Source: Abditibacteriaceae bacterium (GTDB taxonomy: Bacteria; Armatimonadota; Abditibacteriia; Abditibacteriales; Abditibacteriaceae). From it: a DNA stretch of 15,942 bases. A model generated the notes under the pieces. The model was not told the origin of the DNA. It made no database searches and worked only from the letters and a program-made list of their open reading frames with translations. This document shows positions 7,683-15,894 of this stretch, one piece after another; the first letter of the stretch is position 1; every line of letters starts with the position of its first letter. The stretch covers positions 1 through 15,942 of the forward strand of contig JANPJS010000223.1 of the NCBI GenBank assembly GCA_031425655.1. Direction: 5' to 3'. The position numbers and the translations under genes were made by a program.

Positions 7683-8654
7683 TTAATAACCAAAACGGTA
7701 GGCGGCACCGATAGTGAAACGTGTGCCGTCACCGGCACGATTCGCCACGTCAACAAAAGTGGGTGTGATAACCAAAGGCAGTCGCTTGAAAGGCACAAGC
7801 GAAACTCCGAGGTTCAAATCCTGCCCGGTCCATTCTGCAAAAGGACGCACATAACGACTCGCTTGCAAAGCAGCGCTGCCGAAAATCCCCACGCCGTTGT
7901 CGCCGGCGAAAACATCCTGCTCCGATTGGAAACGACCGTTGCCAAGACCTAACGACAAATGCAGTCGGCTAAAGGATTGACGGGCATCCTTTTTCAGGTC
8001 AATCTGCTTTGTCACAACGCCGTAAAAGCTGCGGCGCTGGTCGGAAGTCTTATTAATCCCAATCGCATCATCGGCGCCAAAAGCGACCGCCCAATTGTTG
8101 TTGAGAGGCCGATGTATCTTGAAGCTCAGTGACGTTCGACGGCCAAAACCGCCGCCTCCGGTTCCACCATTGTTGGAGAGATCCAAAATGTTCAATGCCA
8201 AGTCCACGCCTACGGTCTGCGGACTCCCAAAACTCATTACCAAGCCGGCCACAGCATCGTTGTTATTTGCGTAACGCACACGATCTTGATACGCGAAACC
8301 AACCGCGCCCAACCCTTTGAAGCCGCCATAAGCCACGGGCGTATTGGCAGTTAGGCCGGGCACAATCGCTTCCATCAATGGCGGCGAGGACGGAACATCC
8401 ACGCCTTGTAAGCGCTGCTGAAGCTGTGTTCTACGCGCTATCATCTCCTGCACGATTGCCGCATTGGGAGCCGGTATACCGACCTCTGGCTGGGGAAAAC
8501 CACGCGTGGAAGCGCCGGCAATCGGCACATCGCCGGGAAGCACCACACCACTTGCGTTTCCTTGCGCCGAGGCAGAGAAATGAGACGAGTTCATGAGGAG
8601 CAATGCCGCACCGGCCAAACTTGTCCTCACACTACTTTTTTTGCAGAAATCCAT
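7683..8654 (-). CDS. Putative outer-membrane beta-barrel protein of unknown function, 323 aa
   Basis: Start reassigned to ATG 8654, with SD AAGGAGA 7 nt upstream. Signal peptide ending ASA|Q. Pro-rich linker followed by many alternating amphipathic strands. Aromatic C-terminus FTIGAAYRFGY resembles a BAM beta-signal. Confidence 0.75.
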   Translation of the reverse strand: MDFCKKSSVRTSLAGAALLLMNSSHFSASAQGNASGVVLPGDVPIAGASTRGFPQPEVGIPAPNAAIVQEMIARRTQLQQRLQGVDVPSSPPLMEAIVPGLTANTPVAYGGFKGLGAVGFAYQDRVRYANNNDAVAGLVMSFGSPQTVGVDLALNILDLSNNGGTGGGGFGRRTSLSFKIHRPLNNNWAVAFGADDAIGINKTSDQRRSFYGVVTKQIDLKKDARQSFSRLHLSLGLGNGRFQSEQDVFAGDNGVGIFGSAALQASRYVRPFAEWTGQDLNLGVSLVPFKRLPLVITPTFVDVANRAGDGTRFTIGAAYRFGY

Positions 8655-8726
8655 TAAGGTTTCTCCTTCAATCAAGATGGTTTCGACAACAACGATTCGG
8701 CGGCCACATCGCTAAAGCATCATGCG

Positions 8727-8752
8727 GCAATCGCCACAGTATCGGCGATTGC
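8727..8752. promoter_or_regulatory. 9-bp perfect inverted repeat about 70 bp upstream of the beta-barrel gene (5'-leader hairpin or operator)
   Basis: GCAATCGCC (8727-8735), 8-nt spacer, GGCGATTGC (8744-8752). Confidence 0.4.
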
Positions 8753-8983
8753 TTACCATAATGCAAATAAAGATCAATGAGATTCATGTTTGCCTATAAT
8801 TCCATGTAGAATTTTCTGCATTCATCAAGTGATTTCGTTCGCGATTTCAACGCTTCTCAGCGACTTTTAGCATTCATAAATACGTTGACTCGCTTGAATC
8901 CGGTCAAGAATCTTGTGGTAAATCGCCTAAGGCACAGGCCGCACCCCTAAATCTTGCGATTTTCGCGCAAAAGCGGGCCTGAT

Positions 8984-11900
8984 TTACAACACAGTGACGG
9001 ACAATCCATGACTATCAATAGCGAAATCGAAAAAGCGCGCGTGCTGGTTCGGAGGGGTTTCCTGTAAGGCACGGCGAATGTGAAGTGTTGCCGCTTCGTC
9101 GCGGGCCAGCATGAGTATGAATCCGCCGCCGCCGGCGCCACACACGTTGCACGCCGCCAAATAAGGCCGCACGCGCGCAATGATTGTCTCAATGTTGTCG
9201 TTGGTGCTACTCGGATCGAGAGCCTTTTTCAATTCCCAATACTCCGCGAGACAATCACCAAAAGTGCGAATATCATTGACTTCCAGCGCATGTTTGGCCG
9301 CAGCGGCGCCTCGTTTCAAGCGAGCGATGGTGGCCATGACTTCCGGCTCGCGCGCTAAATAGCGGCTCAAAACATTGTGCAATATATCTTTGGCCAAGCG
9401 CTTTTGTCCGGTGAAATAAAGCAGCATGCGCCGATGCACTTCATTGGCTTCGGGGCCGGAGCCGCCAATGCTCGTCCATTGCAAAGTCGGTTTTTGCTCA
9501 ATGCCGGGCTGCGTCGTAATGAATTTCACGCCGCCTACGATGCCGCCGATTTGATCTTGCCAACCGCCGCCACTGGTCATGCGCTGCTCCAACAATGTGG
9601 TTCGAGCAATCAAATCAGTCTGAATCATTTCGCCGCCGTTCACGCGCGACAGACACGAAATAATAGCTGCGCCCAAAATGCTGCTGGTGCCCATGCCGCT
9701 GCCCTTGGGCAGTCCGCTAAAAAGCGTCAGGTCTAAGCCGCCGCCCAGCGTTTCCAACCAATCCACGAAGAGTTTGTCGCCCTTTGCGGCGTCTTGCGGA
9801 GCCATGGTGTGCGGGTCGGGGACAATTCCGGCCAAAATGAGCGCTTCTTTTGCTAATCCGCTCCAATGGTCTAATTTTATCGTTTGCAAAAACGGCGTCA
9901 GATCGCGATAAATTTCCTGACGCCCCAAATCAATGCTGGTCAGTCGAATGCAGCGCTCATCGTTCAATTTGGCGATGACTTGAAGAGGATATTGCCGGTT
10001 CAGCGTAACCGCGGCGTTGAGCACGGCGCCGCCCTGCTCGAAACAAATAGGCGGCGTATCAGTCCAGCCTCCGGCGAAATCAATGCGGGCCGGCGCCGTG
10101 ACCCACACAGTTTGATCGTGCAAAATAGCAGCGGGGCGGGGCGCAGTTGGAAGATCGATCACGTCTTCGACCGCTTTAGCGATCAGATGAAAAGCGGCGC
10201 TATTGAAATCGGCAGCGCGTTTTACGGGAAAATCGGCGAAGCGCGTGGCTATCGCATACGATTCGCTCATCCGCAAATCGTTCTGCGCCGGTGCGGAAGC
10301 CGGTGCTGAATGAAACTCACTTTCCGCTAACTCCGCGATCAGGGCCGCAACGCGGAATAAGCGGGTGCGTGTCAAGGGAGGCAATTGATCGGGGTTTGGA
10401 AAGCGTCTGGCCAACTGCGCCATCAACCTTTGCAGCGACGAAACGGCTTTTCCCGAACTCAAGGCGCTATCAGGAACACAAAGCGAAATTCTCTTCAACG
10501 CTTCAGCCGCCGGAAAATCATCGTGTTCTAAAAGTTCGTCTAAAATACGCCGGCAATCCATAATGCGGCTGATTTCATGGCGATACTCAAACAGTTTTTG
10601 GGAATCCACAGCTTTTATCAACTCGGCCAGACTGTAACGCGGTTGATCGCCCCAAACCTGCAGAAGCTCGCTCGCCGCGTCTGCGGCGCCGTCACTCATG
10701 ATGTCCCGCAAAAGCTGCATCGCTTTCCACTTGTGGTCGCCGGTCAGCCACAAGCGCGCAAACCACGTTGACTTCTCGTCTTCCTCATTCCACAGCATCT
10801 CTGCGCCGATTCCAGCATCAATCAGCCTGCGAATGGAGTGATTCAGGAAAAGACAGCGCCCGGAATCGAGCGTGCGCTTGTTGTCATCGTCTACGCCGAA
10901 TAAAACCGGCACGCAAAGGGCATCGCCGACCGCGTCTTGATGCAGAGGCCGAACCGGCAGGCAAACCAGCCCGATTCCTACGGGAAAATGCAAGTCGAAT
11001 GCTTGGCTTTCGGCATTTGCGCTGCCCCACCCGATTAAGACGTTGTTGCCTTCTAAAACCAGTGGACGCGCTGGGATTTCCTGATCCAATACGCAGCCTT
11101 CGATATAAGCGCGGCCCTTAATGTCGAGAACATCAAGGTTTCCCGTCGTATTAAAAATGGTCGGGCCGGTGTGTTCTCGTAAACGATGCGATGTCACTTC
11201 ATCAAGATCGTCATCGGTGCGATGCCCGTTTTTAAAGGCAAACAAGCGTGCCGTGCGACTTGGCGCCGTGAATTTGTTGAGAAGGTCGCGTGTCGTTCCG
11301 ACGTGAAAGAACTCGCCGTCGGGCACCGCAACCACGTTAAAAGGAAGCTTCGCCGCGCGAATTTTGTCGTAAAAACGGCCTAAGACACGCCGCGCGACCG
11401 AGTTTTGATGAACAGCGGCGATGCTTTCGAGATAGCCGGAGCGGGAAATTTCCGTCGGCAAAGCCAACATGATTTCCTGATATAAATCCACCGTTCCCAC
11501 TTGCCCGTTGAGAATGGCGGAGTGCAGCCCTGCGCCGATTTTCACGCCACGTTTGCGCGCTTCGATTCCTGCTGCGCTTAATAAAGTCTCCACCGCTGCC
11601 GGCGACAAGCACAAAACGCCGGAGTCCACCAAAATTCGTCCCGTCGGGTCTACGGCGTGTTGCTTGACCATTTCGTCGCGCGTCGGCTTTTGCAGAAAAT
11701 TCGTCACCGGGCCGCCGATGCTGGGATTGGGCGTGAGATAAACGCCATGCTGCTCGCCGACACTCGGCGGCGCCGCGAAGCCCAGTCCGGTGATGCCCGA
11801 CGGCGTTTGTAAATCCGTGCGAGCCGCATCGAAAGTCAATAAAACGTCGCCGGAACAAATGATAACCTGCCCTTCGTCAGCCGCAGGAATTTTGCCCAGA

Positions 11901-12301
11901 GTTTGAACCAGCAAGTCGAAAAGCGAAGCCGGATAACGATTCCACGCCGGCTGACCCGACGGAACAATATCGCAGGGCATCGGCATGAAAATTTTGCCCA
12001 GAGCAGCGTAAGCCGGCAGCCGGCGCGCATCGCCACCAGAGTGCGCGATCAAAACCCGGCGGCCCTGAAAGCGTTCGGCGAGCGTTTCTCCGCGCGAAAA
12101 AAGGGACGACGCCAACTCCGTCAGCACCATCAATGTGCTGCCGCCCGAACCCACGCGCCTGCCGTCCGGGTCGGCGATCACGCGCCAGATTACACCCGGC
12201 GCGAGTTGGCCGCGTCGCTCCCGTTCCGTTAATTGCTGACGATAAACCTGCGCTTGAGTCTCGCTGGCCGCCGTCAACACGATTACGTCGAATGTCTTCA
12301 T
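8984..12301 (-). CDS. fkp: Bifunctional L-fucokinase / L-fucose-1-phosphate guanylyltransferase (GDP-fucose salvage enzyme)
   Basis: N-terminal nucleotidyltransferase motifs DPDGRRVGSGG, HSGGDARRLP, SGDVL, HGVY, FLQKP and FFHVGTT. C-terminal GHMP kinase motifs PARIDFAGGWTDTPP, LPKGSGMGTSS, GGGWQDQ and GAGGGG. ATG 12301 is preferred over TTG 12325, which overlaps a TATAAT box. Confidence 0.88.
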   Translation of the reverse strand: MKTFDVIVLTAASETQAQVYRQQLTERERRGQLAPGVIWRVIADPDGRRVGSGGSTLMVLTELASSLFSRGETLAERFQGRRVLIAHSGGDARRLPAYAALGKIFMPMPCDIVPSGQPAWNRYPASLFDLLVQTLGKIPAADEGQVIICSGDVLLTFDAARTDLQTPSGITGLGFAAPPSVGEQHGVYLTPNPSIGGPVTNFLQKPTRDEMVKQHAVDPTGRILVDSGVLCLSPAAVETLLSAAGIEARKRGVKIGAGLHSAILNGQVGTVDLYQEIMLALPTEISRSGYLESIAAVHQNSVARRVLGRFYDKIRAAKLPFNVVAVPDGEFFHVGTTRDLLNKFTAPSRTARLFAFKNGHRTDDDLDEVTSHRLREHTGPTIFNTTGNLDVLDIKGRAYIEGCVLDQEIPARPLVLEGNNVLIGWGSANAESQAFDLHFPVGIGLVCLPVRPLHQDAVGDALCVPVLFGVDDDNKRTLDSGRCLFLNHSIRRLIDAGIGAEMLWNEEDEKSTWFARLWLTGDHKWKAMQLLRDIMSDGAADAASELLQVWGDQPRYSLAELIKAVDSQKLFEYRHEISRIMDCRRILDELLEHDDFPAAEALKRISLCVPDSALSSGKAVSSLQRLMAQLARRFPNPDQLPPLTRTRLFRVAALIAELAESEFHSAPASAPAQNDLRMSESYAIATRFADFPVKRAADFNSAAFHLIAKAVEDVIDLPTAPRPAAILHDQTVWVTAPARIDFAGGWTDTPPICFEQGGAVLNAAVTLNRQYPLQVIAKLNDERCIRLTSIDLGRQEIYRDLTPFLQTIKLDHWSGLAKEALILAGIVPDPHTMAPQDAAKGDKLFVDWLETLGGGLDLTLFSGLPKGSGMGTSSILGAAIISCLSRVNGGEMIQTDLIARTTLLEQRMTSGGGWQDQIGGIVGGVKFITTQPGIEQKPTLQWTSIGGSGPEANEVHRRMLLYFTGQKRLAKDILHNVLSRYLAREPEVMATIARLKRGAAAAKHALEVNDIRTFGDCLAEYWELKKALDPSSTNDNIETIIARVRPYLAACNVCGAGGGGFILMLARDEAATLHIRRALQETPPNQHARFFDFAIDSHGLSVTVL

Positions 12302-12324
12302 AAATTTATCGGCTGGCAATGTCA

Positions 12325-12395
12325 ATTATATAACCAACGGCGCGGATTTTAGAAAGCGAGATTAATCAGAAACGGGCGTAACCAATGGGTATAAT
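12325..12395. promoter_or_regulatory. Back-to-back putative sigma70 -10 boxes for the divergent fkp and esterase/glycosidase units
   Basis: Perfect TATAAT on the minus strand at 12325-12330 and on the plus strand at 12390-12395, in an AT-rich gap. No convincing -35 boxes. Confidence 0.45.
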
Positions 12396-12443
12396 TCTCT
12401 CTAACATACAGCAGAGAAGAATCATTACCATAAGAAGCAGCCT

Positions 12444-12598
12444 GAAAAGTCCCCCTCCCCTTGCCGTTTTAAGGCGGGTGCCCTCTGGGCAAGTGTTAGG
12501 GTGGGGTTCTGCCATTCCCCGAACCCCATCCCACCTGCCCAGAGGGCACCCGCTTCCCCTTGATACGGCAAAGGGGAAGGGAGCCACCAGCACTTTTC
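12444..12598. repeat. 155-bp composite inverted-repeat element (REP doublet / MITE-like) containing two inverted copies of the TGCCCAGAGGGCACCCGC core
   Basis: Terminal GAAAAGT (12444-12450) / ACTTTTC (12592-12598). Imperfect outer arms 12450-12474 / 12558-12582. Perfect 18-bp arms 12474-12491 / 12536-12553. Inner stem 12499-12509 / 12521-12531. Sub-hairpin CTTCCCCTT (12553-12561) / AAGGGGAAG (12571-12579). Confidence 0.85.
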
Positions 12599-12617
12599 TA
12601 AGAAATTCCAGACTGCT

Positions 12618-13502
12618 TTGGCTCTCACTATGCCTATTTGTTCACAAATTCGCGCCACCCCCAGCCTATTTCCTGAACCGATTTTGCTGTGGCCGGATGG
12701 CGCGCCTGATTTGAAAGCCGGCATCGGCGAAGAACACGACACCACACCGCCCGACCCGAAAATGCCACTCGAACAGCACGTCATTCGTTTGGGCAACGTG
12801 ACAAAGCCGGCGATCACGGTTTTTCGCCCGGCGCCCGAAAAAGACACCGGCGCGGCGGTCGTGGTTTGTCCCGGCGGCGGTTATAACATTCTGGCTTATA
12901 ACCTCGAAGGCAGCGAAATCTGCGCGTGGCTCAATTCCATCGGCGTGACCGGCGTGCTGCTCAAATATCGCGTGCCGGGACGCCTCACCGCGCAATATCG
13001 TGCGCCGCTGCAAGACGCACAACGCGCTCTCGGATTGGTGCGTTTTCACGCGAAAGACTGGAATATTGACGCAAAGCGCGTCGGGATTCTCGGTTTTTCA
13101 GCGGGAGGCCATCTTGCGGCAGCCGCCGGCACCAATTTCGAGACGCGCGCTTACGCCCCGGTTGACGACGCCGATAACGAAAACTGCCGGCCCGATTTCA
13201 CGATCTTAATTTACCCGGCCTATCTCACAACCGAGGATTTAACGACGCCCGCGCCCGACATCAAAGTAAATGACAAAACGCCTCCGGCTTTCATCGTGCA
13301 AACGCAGGACGACACGGTTCAGGTCGAAAACGCCTACGTTTACGCGCTGGCCTTGAAAAACGCCAAAGTCGCCGCCGAATTGCACGTTTATCCGACCGGA
13401 GGCCACGGTTACGGTCTGCGACCTTCCGGCAACGCCGTTTCACAGTGGCCGCAGCGCGCGGCGGAATGGCTTGCGGTGCAAGGCTGGCTCAAGGCAAAGT
13501 AA
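12618..13502 (+). CDS. Alpha/beta-hydrolase, probable carbohydrate (acetyl) esterase
   Basis: Oxyanion motif CPGGGY, LKYRVP, nucleophile elbow GFSAGGHL, Asp in QDD and His in GGHGYG. The start is uncertain (TTG 12618 or ATG 12630, no clear SD). Confidence 0.87.
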   Translation: MALTMPICSQIRATPSLFPEPILLWPDGAPDLKAGIGEEHDTTPPDPKMPLEQHVIRLGNVTKPAITVFRPAPEKDTGAAVVVCPGGGYNILAYNLEGSEICAWLNSIGVTGVLLKYRVPGRLTAQYRAPLQDAQRALGLVRFHAKDWNIDAKRVGILGFSAGGHLAAAAGTNFETRAYAPVDDADNENCRPDFTILIYPAYLTTEDLTTPAPDIKVNDKTPPAFIVQTQDDTVQVENAYVYALALKNAKVAAELHVYPTGGHGYGLRPSGNAVSQWPQRAAEWLAVQGWLKAK

Positions 13503-13507
13503 ACATC

Positions 13508-14344
13508 ATGCGAAACATCACTCACTTTTTACTTTGTGCCGCGCTTATCGCTTTCATGGCTCCGGTAGCGCGGGCGACGGCGTGGGAGGTTTATCTGCTG
13601 GCCGGGCAGTCGAACATGGACGGGCGCGGCAAAATGTCTAATCTCAGCGAAGCGCAGCGGGCGCCGCTCGAAGACGCCTGCATTTTCTACCGCAATCCGC
13701 CGGCAACCAGCGACGGCTGGAAGCCGCTGGCGCCGGGCTACAGCATGGCTCTGGGCTATAAAGGCACGCTGCCGTCGGCGACTTTCGGCCCCGAAATCGG
13801 CTTCGCGCAGGCCATCACGAAGGCGCGCCCCGGCGACCATCTGGCGCTGATTAAAGGCTCGAAGGGCGGCAGCAGCCTGTCGAAAGATTGGAATCCCGGC
13901 CTCAAAAATCAGTCCGAAACTCACGGCTTTTGCTACCGCAACTTCCTCGAAACTGTCGAATTGGCGAAGAAAGCTCTGCCCGGCGGCGATACATTCGTCA
14001 TTCGCGGCGTTTTATGGCATCAGGGCGAATCGGACTCCGGTTCGAGCGTCGAGCTTTACCAGCAGCGATTGACGACGTTTATCGCGCGCTTGCGCGAAGA
14101 CCTCGACCAGCCGAATTTGCCTTTCGTTATCGGCGAGGTCTTCGATAACGGCAAGCGCGATTCCGTGCGCGCCGCACAACGCGCCGTGGCCGCAGCCATC
14201 CCGCACACGGCGTTCGCTTCCGCCGCCGACCTGAAAACTTCCGACGCCGGCACGCATTTCGATGCCGCCAGCCAGATTACGCTCGGCGAACGCTTCGCCG
14301 CCGCGCTGCTGCCACTCTTCAACGAGGCGACTCCAAAACCATGA
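13508..14344 (+). CDS. Secreted SGNH-type O-acetylesterase (SASA / CE6-like sialate or xylan O-acetylesterase), 278 aa
   Basis: Start reassigned to ATG 13508, 5 nt after the upstream stop. Signal peptide ending VARA|. Motifs LLAGQSNM, FGPEIGF, WHQGESD and DAGTHF. Confidence 0.88.
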   Translation: MRNITHFLLCAALIAFMAPVARATAWEVYLLAGQSNMDGRGKMSNLSEAQRAPLEDACIFYRNPPATSDGWKPLAPGYSMALGYKGTLPSATFGPEIGFAQAITKARPGDHLALIKGSKGGSSLSKDWNPGLKNQSETHGFCYRNFLETVELAKKALPGGDTFVIRGVLWHQGESDSGSSVELYQQRLTTFIARLREDLDQPNLPFVIGEVFDNGKRDSVRAAQRAVAAAIPHTAFASAADLKTSDAGTHFDAASQITLGERFAAALLPLFNEATPKP

Positions 14345-14355
14345 AACGGCGATAC

Positions 14356-14411
14356 TTTTAATGGAACACGGATTTACCTGCCCAGAGGGCGAAGCCCGTG
14401 TTCCATTGAAA
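14356..14411. repeat. Intergenic palindrome carrying the CCTGCCCAGAGGGC core at its apex
   Basis: 12-bp perfect arms AATGGAACACGG (14360-14371) / CCGTGTTCCATT (14396-14407), extendable by T/A pairs. Core at 14377-14390. Confidence 0.85.
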
Positions 14412-14431
14412 ACTGTTAGCACCATCACCCC

Positions 14432-15886
14432 ATGAAATCAGAAAAACTCAAAAACCAGAAAACAGGCCAATCGCGGCGCGAATTTTTGCAGAATTCGGCC
14501 ATCACGGGCCTCGGCGCATTGGCTCTTAACGGCGCGACTTCGGCAGCGGATAAAAGCGTTGCCTCACCTGCCGCAAACGCCAGGCTCGGCGCCACACGAG
14601 CGCGTCCGAAAGGGCAAAAGTCGGTGCATAATCTCACCACCAAGCCGCTGAACAAAGTGCGCGTGGCGGTCATCGGCTGCCATCGCGGTTCCACGCACGC
14701 ACACGACGCCGCAGCGGTTGAATTCTCCGAATTGGTGGCCGTCTGCGATTGGCGAAAAGAACGCGCTGATGCCGTGGCCAACAGCGTCGTGAAAAATCGC
14801 GGTCGAGCGCGGCCCGAAGTTTACGGCGGAACCGAGCATATTTGGGAAAAGATGGTTGACCGCGACGACATTGACGCGGTGTATATCGCCACGCCGTGGG
14901 AATGGCACGTCCCGATGGCGATCCGCGCAATGGAGCGCGGCAAACACGCCTTTATCGAAGTCTCGGCGGCAGTTACGGTCGAGGATTGCTGGAAGCTCGT
15001 GGACACCAGCGAGCGCACGCAGCGCCATTGCGTGATGCTGGAAAACTGCTGTTACGGCGAAAACGAACTCTTCGTGCTGAACATGGCGCGTCAGGGCATT
15101 TTCGGCGATTTGCTGCACGGCGAATGCGCTTATATTCACGATCTGCGCGGCTTACTTTTCGATTTGGGCAGCGAAGGCGAATGGCGTCGCAACTATCACA
15201 CGCAAATGGACGGCAACCTGTATCCGACGCACGGCTTAGGCCCGGTCGCGCAATATCTGAGTCTCGGACGCGGCGATCAGTTTTCGTATTTGGTTTCGCT
15301 GAGTTCACCCGAACGGGGACTAACCAAATGGCGCGATGAGCACAAACCAAATGGCGGCAAACACGCCGGCGAGCGTTACCTTTGCGGCGACATGAACACC
15401 ACGCTGATTAAAACCGCGCAGGGCCGCAGCATTATGGTGCAGCACGACGTTGTCAGCCCGCGCCCGTATTCGCGCATCAATATGCTGTCAGGCACCGGCG
15501 CTACCTTTCTTGATTATCCGGCGCGCCTGACGATAAACAAGCCCAAACAATACGAGCTGAAATCCGGCGGTTCGCACGATTGGCTCAACGGCGAAGATAT
15601 GCAAAAAATGCGTGACAAATTCACGCATCCTTTGTGGAGCGGCCTGCGCGACGCGGCCAAAGGCGGCGGTCACGGCGGCATGGATTTCGTGATGAACTAT
15701 CGCCTGCTCGACCGCATTCGCAAAGGCCAAACGCCCGACAGCGTGGTTTACGACGCCGCCGCGTGGAGCAGCATTCTTGAACTTTCGTCGCGTTCCGTAG
15801 CCAGCGGCAGCCTGCCGATAAACATTCCCGATTTCACACGCGGCGCCTGGAAAACGCTTCCGCCTGCGCCCATTGAAGGCGTTTAA
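14432..15886 (+). CDS. Tat-exported NAD+-dependent glycoside hydrolase family 109 (alpha-N-acetylgalactosaminidase-like; Gfo/Idh/MocA fold)
   Basis: Twin-arginine signal SRREFLQ. Rossmann start VRVAVIG. Motifs IATPWEWH, MLENCCY, NLYPTHGLGP, GDMNTT, PRPYSR and the GH109 catalytic GGHGGMDF. Confidence 0.9.
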   Translation: MKSEKLKNQKTGQSRREFLQNSAITGLGALALNGATSAADKSVASPAANARLGATRARPKGQKSVHNLTTKPLNKVRVAVIGCHRGSTHAHDAAAVEFSELVAVCDWRKERADAVANSVVKNRGRARPEVYGGTEHIWEKMVDRDDIDAVYIATPWEWHVPMAIRAMERGKHAFIEVSAAVTVEDCWKLVDTSERTQRHCVMLENCCYGENELFVLNMARQGIFGDLLHGECAYIHDLRGLLFDLGSEGEWRRNYHTQMDGNLYPTHGLGPVAQYLSLGRGDQFSYLVSLSSPERGLTKWRDEHKPNGGKHAGERYLCGDMNTTLIKTAQGRSIMVQHDVVSPRPYSRINMLSGTGATFLDYPARLTINKPKQYELKSGGSHDWLNGEDMQKMRDKFTHPLWSGLRDAAKGGGHGGMDFVMNYRLLDRIRKGQTPDSVVYDAAAWSSILELSSRSVASGSLPINIPDFTRGAWKTLPPAPIEGV

Positions 15887-15894
15887 GAATAAAC

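Noticed and set aside
8885..8915. Short dyads TTGAC-N13-GTCAA and CAAGA-A-TCTTG between fkp and the barrel gene
   Set aside because: The 5-bp arms are within chance expectation and no regulator can be assigned.
12297..12325. Perfect TTGACA on the minus strand (12320-12325) as the -35 box of fkp
   Set aside because: The hexamer 17 nt downstream (TATGAA) overlaps the likely start codon and lacks the conserved final T. The upstream TATAAT fits better.
12434..12447. GCAGCCTGAAA resembling a Neisseriaceae DNA-uptake sequence or an IS end
   Set aside because: It is a single occurrence, with no transposase or matching partner end, and the gene content does not suggest that lineage.
12366..12847. 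ORFs 12385-12714 (+), 12366-12593 (-) and 12425-12847 (-) as independent genes
   Set aside because: They read through the palindromic element and/or overlap the esterase, and the translations look like repeat-derived sequence.
328..15730. Numerous 60-220 aa antisense or alternative-frame ORFs
   Set aside because: These are shadow ORFs expected in GC-rich coding DNA. They overlap well-supported genes and lack motifs.
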